Shown here: one piece after another, positions 58,240 to 64,000 of the stretch | Position numbering within the stretch: position 1 is the first letter of the stretch | Layout: every line of letters begins with the position of its first letter | Source: a virus | IMG/VR virus record: IMGVR_UViG_3300006076_000002 | Coordinates: 28,859-92,858 of that record | DNA length: 64,000 nt | Direction: 5' to 3' (one strand) | Notes under the pieces: model-generated | The model's input: the letters and a program-made list of their open reading frames with translations, nothing else | What the model was told of the DNA's origin: nothing | The model's database searches: none | Made by a program: the position numbers and the translations under genes

Positions 58240-58880
58240 TATTCAAATCCTTTAGTTTTAATTCTATCATACATCTCTACAGATTCCGTTGAAAACATAC
58301 CATCCATTTCAATGCGTTTAACACTCAGCTCGAATCGCTGGTAGTGTGTGTTACTTTCTGCTTGTATATTTCCATTTACGCTTCCATGACCTCTGTACCC
58401 TATATAGTTCAACAATGCTTCTAGCATCTGATCAGGTATAGGCAATCGTTCATCCAACGTCTCCATAGTAACTAACGTGGGGCTAGCTACATACACTAAT
58501 GAGTATATATCACCTACTTCGATGTTATCTATCTGCACTGTGTCATATCCAATTGTATTAACTGAATTAGCTACTTCATCGCTGTTTATTTCTAGAAACT
58601 CTACATGAGAAGGATCAGTCATATCATACTGTGTTAAATCTTTAATCTTAACTTTATAGTGATATGCAGCTAATAACCACATGTAATCTGCAGGCATCTT
58701 ATATTTATCCACATTAGCAATACCTTCAATCAGGTACTCTTTAGTCTCGATAGGGAATCTTTTATATAATTCAATTAACCCTAAATTGATAAACCCTATT
58801 ACGGCATTAATATCATCTTTAACGGCAATTGTCTTTAGTTCACCATTCTGTGCTAGCGCTATCACTTCATTAGCTGTCAT
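58239..58880 (-). CDS. head-tail adaptor (N4 gp67-like)
   Basis: GELK...INLGLIELYKRF...EALLNYIGYR...KGF; directly after TerL. Confidence 0.75.
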   Translation of the reverse strand: MTANEVIALAQNGELKTIAVKDDINAVIGFINLGLIELYKRFPIETKEYLIEGIANVDKYKMPADYMWLLAAYHYKVKIKDLTQYDMTDPSHVEFLEINSDEVANSVNTIGYDTVQIDNIEVGDIYSLVYVASPTLVTMETLDERLPIPDQMLEALLNYIGYRGHGSVNGNIQAESNTHYQRFELSVKRIEMDGMFSTESVEMYDRIKTKGFE

Positions 58881-58904
58881 ACCATCCCCTAATCTATTTT
58901 ACGT

Positions 58905-58926
58905 ATTATACCATAATTCTACTAAA
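58905..58926 (-). promoter_or_regulatory. promoter TTTAGT-N10-TATAAT (TGn extended -10)
   Basis: Variant of window-wide motif. Confidence 0.5.
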
Positions 58927-61828
58927 ATATTAAACTACTATTGTAATCCTCATCATCGTCATCCTCACTAAAATCTTCACCCCATACACCGGACACTTTT
59001 GGTAGTGCATCAACATTAGGTGCACTATTGGAAGGGTTTATGTAATCTATCAAAGCTAGCTGTGACATACAATCTAAGAAGTCATCATGAAGAGAATTAT
59101 GAATAACTACCCCATTTTCTACAGTAAAATTATTAGCCTTATCTACAGATAAATCATATACTAACTCTCTCTTTCTCTTCACTATTTTTACGATCGAAAC
59201 GCTTACGACACCTAGTTCCGCAGAATCTTGATTCAACATCAACTTTTGTATAATAGGTTCCTCCACATTCTTCACATCTATGTTCATATTTCTGTTTACT
59301 TCTATTTGTTTTTGCACATTCTTCACTGCAGAACTTTCGTTTACTGTTTTTGAAGATTTCATAGCCTGTTCCACACTCCAAACACTTTCGTATTTCCAAT
59401 TTTGACCTACTTCGTTGGTACTCATGCTGTTTGTAGCACTCTGTTGAACAAGTCTTTTGATTTGGTGCCTTTTGCTTGAATTCATTACTACATATAATAC
59501 AAGTTTCCACACCCAAAGGTTTATAGTCTGGATTAACTCTTTTATTTCTATCACGCTCTCTGCACTGTGATGAGCAGAATTTTGTACCATCTTTGTCTGT
59601 GTCTTTGAGTGTAAACTCTTTTTCACACCAAACACAAACCCTCTTCTTATTTCCTTTAAGTCTTGTACGACGTTTCCTAATACCTTCATACTCCCCAGCT
59701 TTAGCTTGTTTAGCCAATTTACATAGCTTTTCTTGTTCTTCTGGAGTTCTGTTGTAGTAGTGCCTGTCTTCATCGTTTGCGTGATGCTCTTGGTGAGCAG
59801 AGCGTGATAATAATTCAAGATTATTTGGGCTGTTATCTTCCTTGTTATGGTTCTTGTGGTGAACATCCATACCTTTAGGTATATCCCCTTTAGTTTGTTT
59901 ATAGACGTATCTGTGTAACCAATCCCTACTCGCTCCAATCTTGGTTGTAGATTGATAATACCCTGACTTTTTTCTTGTCCATTTGTATCCACCGTATTCA
60001 ATTTGTTCCATGTTATATCTCCAGTTACTAATTTATCTGATACACCTAAATCACACACCTTCTTATACCCTGTTGTAGTAAGCACTTTGTGTTCTGCTGT
60101 TAAGTGCATTACACCAGTTTCAGTGTATATACTATACGTATCTTTTATACCTGTAAGTATAACATCAGTAACCTTAAAGTTTGCTACGTATCCTTGGTAT
60201 TGGGACACTACATTATCACCTATCCTTACATCTCTAATACTGATAAGTCCTTTATCTGTGAACACTTTAGTATCTGCTGATACACATCCCACTCCGGACC
60301 TACTCGTCTTTCTTATCTCCTCTAACGCTTCTTTCATAGCAGGACTATCTTCTAACTCTTTAGGGAATTTTATCTTATTTAGTTCGAAGTCAGGAAGCAC
60401 TCCTCTTAACCTCTCCATTTTATTCCCTTGACCCTTACTACGTATACCCACTTGGTTAGGGGATTTACCCTTCTGTCTTGCATACCTAAACCATATGTTC
60501 TTCTCAATCATCATAGCATCTAATCTGTTTATGTTTAACTGCTGTTGTCCATCTATTTCTATTCCTACCTCTAAGCTAGCTCCTTTACTACCCCATCGAC
60601 TAACTAGTTTAAACAGTGCTTCATACTGCTCCTGAATTGTACATTGTTCTAGAAACAAATCTATCAGGTATTTATCATCATTAGCGTTTATCGCCCATAC
60701 CGCTATACCACTATAGTCACCCTTCTTAGTGTTACCCGCTGTAAAGTCGGTAGTGATAACTATGGAGAAGTTCTGTATGTTCTTAACTATTAAGCTACGA
60801 GTATCATACCAACTGAGCATATATTCAGGTATTAATCTCTCAGCCTCTGAACTAATTTGTAACATTCGCTCTTGCTGAAAACTTTGTAATTCACCACTTT
60901 GTACTGCAGACTGGTATTGCTTAAGTATAGATTCAGGAGTATGCATAGCAGGCCACATGCTTTTTATGTCTTTTACTTTAGTGTCTTTATCTATATGTTC
61001 ACATATTGGAAATAACATAGGAGTATATACTCCACCAACCAACATAGACCATACTATATCACTTTCTGTAAAAGGTGTAGCTACTGATATTACATAGTTA
61101 TCTGTACCTGCTTCTAAAGCATTTAAGATATCACTGTATACTATAGTTTTTAATTGGTCCATTATAGTCTCTGAGTAAGCAGCTGCACTTGATGGGATTA
61201 TGTCATCTAGCAAGAATGCAGAAGGTCTTCTACCGTAACTGTCTCGAATACCACGGATACCACCAGACCATCCGACGTTACGCATTAGAAATGTCCTATC
61301 CGCTTTGGATCCTGGACCTTTACGTACTAATTCTATTTCCGTTTCAGTTGTTCTAATCTCTTCAAAGTAATTCTGACAAAATATGCTTTCATTGACCATG
61401 GAACCTAAAGTTTTACTTATAACCCTTGCTCCCCCTTGAGCCGAAGCACTGACAGAAGTTATAAAAGGTATTTTCTTACCGTTAGGCATACCTCCTTTGA
61501 TAGCTAAGTACAAAGGAAGGAAAGCGGTAAGTAAAGTAGATTTTGCACCACCACGGGAAGCTACAACAGCTATTCTGTGAGGGTCTACATTAATAGTGCT
61601 CTGCACTTCTTTAGAGTACGGGAACTGCTCTGCTTTAACTTTACCAAATACTACATCAATAGCGAAGTAATGCCAAGTAGGGGTAGTTACTAGAAAATCC
61701 TGACCATATACAAGCCTCATTAAGTTAAAAAACTCTAGAGACTCTTCACTGGGGGTGTATCCTGGAAAATCATAGTTTATTGTTTTTAGTGCTTCATCAG
61801 CATTAAATTTTTCCTTTAAATTACCCAT
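58922..61828 (-). CDS. terL: terminase large subunit precursor containing an intein (spliced product ~571 aa)
   Basis: Walker A SRGGAKST, Walker B FLLDD, nuclease TTDF...DYS and HDDFLD motifs. Confidence 0.93.
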   Translation of the reverse strand: MGNLKEKFNADEALKTINYDFPGYTPSEESLEFFNLMRLVYGQDFLVTTPTWHYFAIDVVFGKVKAEQFPYSKEVQSTINVDPHRIAVVASRGGAKSTLLTAFLPLYLAIKGGMPNGKKIPFITSVSASAQGGARVISKTLGSMVNESIFCQNYFEEIRTTETEIELVRKGPGSKADRTFLMRNVGWSGGIRGIRDSYGRRPSAFLLDDIIPSSAAAYSETIMDQLKTIVYSDILNALEAGTDNYVISVATPFTESDIVWSMLVGGVYTPMLFPICEHIDKDTKVKDIKSMWPAMHTPESILKQYQSAVQSGELQSFQQERMLQISSEAERLIPEYMLSWYDTRSLIVKNIQNFSIVITTDFTAGNTKKGDYSGIAVWAINANDDKYLIDLFLEQCTIQEQYEALFKLVSRWGSKGASLEVGIEIDGQQQLNINRLDAMMIEKNIWFRYARQKGKSPNQVGIRSKGQGNKMERLRGVLPDFELNKIKFPKELEDSPAMKEALEEIRKTSRSGVGCVSADTKVFTDKGLISIRDVRIGDNVVSQYQGYVANFKVTDVILTGIKDTYSIYTETGVMHLTAEHKVLTTTGYKKVCDLGVSDKLVTGDITWNKLNTVDTNGQEKSQGIINLQPRLERVGIGYTDTSINKLKGIYLKVWMFTTRTITRKITAQIILNYYHALLTKSITQTMKTGTTTTELQKNKKSYVNWLNKLKLGSMKVLGNVVQDLKEIRRGFVFGVKKSLHSKTQTKMVQNSAHHSAESVIEIKELIQTINLWVWKLVLYVVMNSSKRHQIKRLVQQSATNSMSTNEVGQNWKYESVWSVEQAMKSSKTVNESSAVKNVQKQIEVNRNMNIDVKNVEEPIIQKLMLNQDSAELGVVSVSIVKIVKRKRELVYDLSVDKANNFTVENGVVIHNSLHDDFLDCMSQLALIDYINPSNSAPNVDALPKVSGVWGEDFSEDDDDEDYNSSLIF
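59096..60286 (-). mobile_element. intein, 397 aa (Cys515-Asn911 of the precursor)
   Basis: Block A CVSADTKVFTDKG, block B LTAEHKVLT, block F VYDLSVDKANNF, block G VVIHN|S. Confidence 0.93.
59154..60011 (-). CDS. HNH endonuclease with four CxxC...C(S/G)xxC zinc fingers, nested out of frame in the intein
   Basis: WLHRYVY...IPKGMDVHHKNHNKEDNSPNNLELL...H; own RBS GGAG-N7-ATG and own TGA. Confidence 0.88.
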   Translation of the reverse strand: MEQIEYGGYKWTRKKSGYYQSTTKIGASRDWLHRYVYKQTKGDIPKGMDVHHKNHNKEDNSPNNLELLSRSAHQEHHANDEDRHYYNRTPEEQEKLCKLAKQAKAGEYEGIRKRRTRLKGNKKRVCVWCEKEFTLKDTDKDGTKFCSSQCRERDRNKRVNPDYKPLGVETCIICSNEFKQKAPNQKTCSTECYKQHEYQRSRSKLEIRKCLECGTGYEIFKNSKRKFCSEECAKTNRSKQKYEHRCEECGGTYYTKVDVESRFCGTRCRKRFDRKNSEEKERVSI

Positions 61829-61830
61829 AC

Positions 61831-62673
61831 TTATTCCTCTATCTCAGCGTCTACTGCATCACTGTTTAAGTTAATACCAATTTTCTGCACTGTAGAGATA
61901 TCTTCTCCTGCATCTAATCTAGCTTTCTGCATCTTAACTAGTTGGGCTAACTGCATATTCATTTCTTGTTGCATGCTAACCTCTTCCTCACTCTTACTTA
62001 CTGTCAGATCTATCTTAGCTGTCTCTGGCATCTTAGTAGCTTCTAGTAATGCCTTTGCAGCCAAATGCTGAACCATAGGGGAGCAAGTCATAGGCTCCCC
62101 ATTAGCGTTAGGTGCTGCTCTACCATTCATTAAGTCATACTGCTTCTTTATAGCTGCATGCTGATAACTAGCATACTGAATATGGAACGGTATCAGCATC
62201 TCTTTGTCTATCTCTTGAACTAACTTAGTACTGTTATACATAGCTACGTGATTAGCTATCTGCTTACCTTCCTCAACCAGTTTATCATATCTATCAGGAA
62301 ATACTATCTTCCACGCATCCTCATTAGTATGATTCCTCTTCAGGTTACAGAACTTAACTGCATTAATCAATTCAGTGACACTAGTTCTAGGAGCTTTCTT
62401 GAGTATATACATATAACTCATCACTTCCTCTTCAAGCAGCTCCTGTGGTAGCCCTGTGTCACTTTCCATGTTATCTACTAGTTCTAGTATCTCATCTGTG
62501 ATATTATGTTTACTTCCCTTCGGTAGCAATCCTTCTAACCTACTCTTAGTTATCTTTCCTGGTCTGCGCTTACCTAATGCTCTATTCGAACTGCTAGGTT
62601 TAGCTGCTCGCTTCTTATCGAATGTAGCTTCCTTAGCTCTGACCTCTGTCATGTTTGGTTTTCTTCTCGCCAT
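61831..62673 (-). CDS. putative terminase small subunit (N4 gp69-like)
   Basis: Directly upstream of TerL; INAVKFC, FPDRY, YNSTKLV, SPMVQ. Confidence 0.7.
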   Translation of the reverse strand: MARRKPNMTEVRAKEATFDKKRAAKPSSSNRALGKRRPGKITKSRLEGLLPKGSKHNITDEILELVDNMESDTGLPQELLEEEVMSYMYILKKAPRTSVTELINAVKFCNLKRNHTNEDAWKIVFPDRYDKLVEEGKQIANHVAMYNSTKLVQEIDKEMLIPFHIQYASYQHAAIKKQYDLMNGRAAPNANGEPMTCSPMVQHLAAKALLEATKMPETAKIDLTVSKSEEEVSMQQEMNMQLAQLVKMQKARLDAGEDISTVQKIGINLNSDAVDAEIEE

Positions 62674-62739
62674 TGTCTAGTCCTTGAAGTGGTTAAAAAA
62701 CGACCACCTATATAATCGCCTATTATAGGCCTTTGTAGT

Positions 62740-62762
62740 ATTATATCTGAATTTATGCTTGA
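62740..62762 (-). promoter_or_regulatory. promoter TCAAGC-N11-TATAAT for the terminase operon
   Basis: Variant of motif. Confidence 0.45.
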
Positions 62763-62769
62763 AGTCAAT

Positions 62770-62906
62770 TTGTGTAGTATGTAGTTACCTACCCGAAGGT
62801 AGGGAAAACTCAACGAGCTCCCAGTCCCAGTTCTTTTTTACGGAATCTATTTCTACCGGACTTATGATAGACCAACCCAGCCTTCCGTGCACGGTATCTG
62901 GGGCGT
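62770..62906 (-). ncRNA. candidate structured small RNA / leader
   Basis: GC-richer noncoding stretch after TGGTATAAT (-10 at 62913-62918); hairpins CCCAG...CTGGG and CCTACC-TTCG-GGTAGG. Confidence 0.4.
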
Positions 62907-62913
62907 TATGTAA

Positions 62914-63486
62914 TTATACCATAAGTTCTTTACGCTTAGCTAGTCTCTTTTCTATCTCTTCCTTGCCCATCCATAGATCTTGATCATTCATTACCTTCTT
63001 AATCTCAGCTGGCGTGAGGAATCCTTTGTACACTTCTTTGAATAGTTGCAGTGTAGTCTTCTCTACGAAGGCTTGTTGAGTCTTGAGCTCATTACCTTTA
63101 CCTTGTAATCCACCACTATAGTTATGCACCATGAATTCGATGTATGGAGCTATCTCTACCTCATCAAAAGCCATTGTAAGCATCGTAGCTGCACTAGCTA
63201 CCATACCACTTAGCTTACCTACCACTTTTGCTTCAGTTTTAATTATCGCGTCTAGTAGCATCGTAGCTGTGCTAAGTACACCTCCAGGGGAGTTTAGGAA
63301 CCATTCAATCGTGACAGTTTTATCTAGATCCTGAAGCAATTCAACTACATCAGCATAGTCCTGTGGAGCACCTATTTCATCCATCATATACACTCTATAC
63401 AATTCTTCATTCACTTTAACTATTGGGCATGGTGTATCCCATACTCTTTGATACGGATTTTTTATTTCTGGTATTGTTAATGTCAT
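62914..63486 (-). CDS. ClpP-like serine protease
   Basis: LNSPGG, VASAAT (catalytic Ser), FMVH (His), DLWM. Confidence 0.88.
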   Translation of the reverse strand: MTLTIPEIKNPYQRVWDTPCPIVKVNEELYRVYMMDEIGAPQDYADVVELLQDLDKTVTIEWFLNSPGGVLSTATMLLDAIIKTEAKVVGKLSGMVASAATMLTMAFDEVEIAPYIEFMVHNYSGGLQGKGNELKTQQAFVEKTTLQLFKEVYKGFLTPAEIKKVMNDQDLWMGKEEIEKRLAKRKELMV

Positions 63487-63999
63487 CTATTTCCCTTCAA
63501 ATATGTTTTCTGCAAATTCTGCAAATTCTGATCTAACTACTTTATCTAAGCTGACTACATGCATATCTATCTGTTGTTCACTTGTAGCTGCGTCTAGTAG
63601 CACACTTAACCCATTCGTATACTTAGTTACATAAGGATTATCTATTTGTTTATTACTCCCACCTATGATTATCTTACAGTTCTTACCAAATCTAGTTAGC
63701 ACTTTACGCATACTAGCTTTACTCATGTTCTGTGCCTCATCCAGTATTACTACTGCATCCTCAAATGTACGACCTCTCATGCCTAATCCTGTAAACATCT
63801 GTATGTCACAGTCCTCTGCTATCTTATCTACTGTCTGCTTTAGCTTTTCTTCTAGCTCTTTACCTCTCAGCTTAGTACCTATTCTCTGCTTAGCTATATA
63901 ACCTAATGCATCTAGTGCTGGATAGAAATACATAGCATTCTTCTCATCTGCACTACCTTTCAGGAACCCTACTGCTTCTACATCCTCTACATCATCCAC
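63487..63999 (-). CDS. phoH: PhoH-like ATPase, partial (5' end outside window)
   Basis: GFLKGS, MRGRTF, ILDEAQN, VLTRFG, QID, RSEFA. Confidence 0.9.
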   Translation of the reverse strand: MDDVEDVEAVGFLKGSADEKNAMYFYPALDALGYIAKQRIGTKLRGKELEEKLKQTVDKIAEDCDIQMFTGLGMRGRTFEDAVVILDEAQNMSKASMRKVLTRFGKNCKIIIGGSNKQIDNPYVTKYTNGLSVLLDAATSEQQIDMHVVSLDKVVRSEFAEFAENIFEGK

Positions 64000-64000
64000 A

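Noticed and set aside
62788-62803. N4 vRNAP-type hairpin promoter
   Set aside because: The best pairing gives a 4-nt loop (UUCG on the - strand), not the 3-nt-loop hairpin of N4 early promoters.

Overview
About 64 kb of an AT-rich tailed-phage genome with N4-like (Schitoviridae-type) gene order. The + strand (1-19.5 kb) holds a DNA metabolism block: family A DNA polymerase, PD-(D/E)XK nuclease, AAA ATPase, SSB, HU, NrdAB, two orphan adenine methyltransferases, a MazG-like protein, a tRNA-Lys-like gene and many small ORFs. The convergent - strand (19.5-64 kb) holds the virion block: a giant virion RNA polymerase split into two genes, ejection proteins, N4 gp53-59-like genes (including MCP and portal), lysis cassette, tail fibre/RBP modules, terminase, ClpP-like protease and PhoH. 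AAGGA-type RBSs, a TAAG-N11-TATAAT promoter motif and a FliM-like peptide suggest a Campylobacterota host (inference). Seven homing-endonuclease-like genes are present. The five most unusual observations are as follows. (1) A terminase intein carries an HNH/zinc-finger endonuclease as a separate gene in a different reading frame while the intein frame stays open, i.e. ~860 nt of dual coding. (2) The split vRNAP has only two cysteines in ~4,100 aa, and they face each other at the gene junction (LECD*/MACD). (3) Three paralogous tail proteins show Russian-doll nesting of 0, 2 and 5 domains. (4) A small protein begins with the CheY-binding FliM N-terminal motif. (5) A homing endonuclease cassette replaced the 3' end of its host gene and left the old end behind. 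All family assignments are from motif recognition by eye, not database searches.
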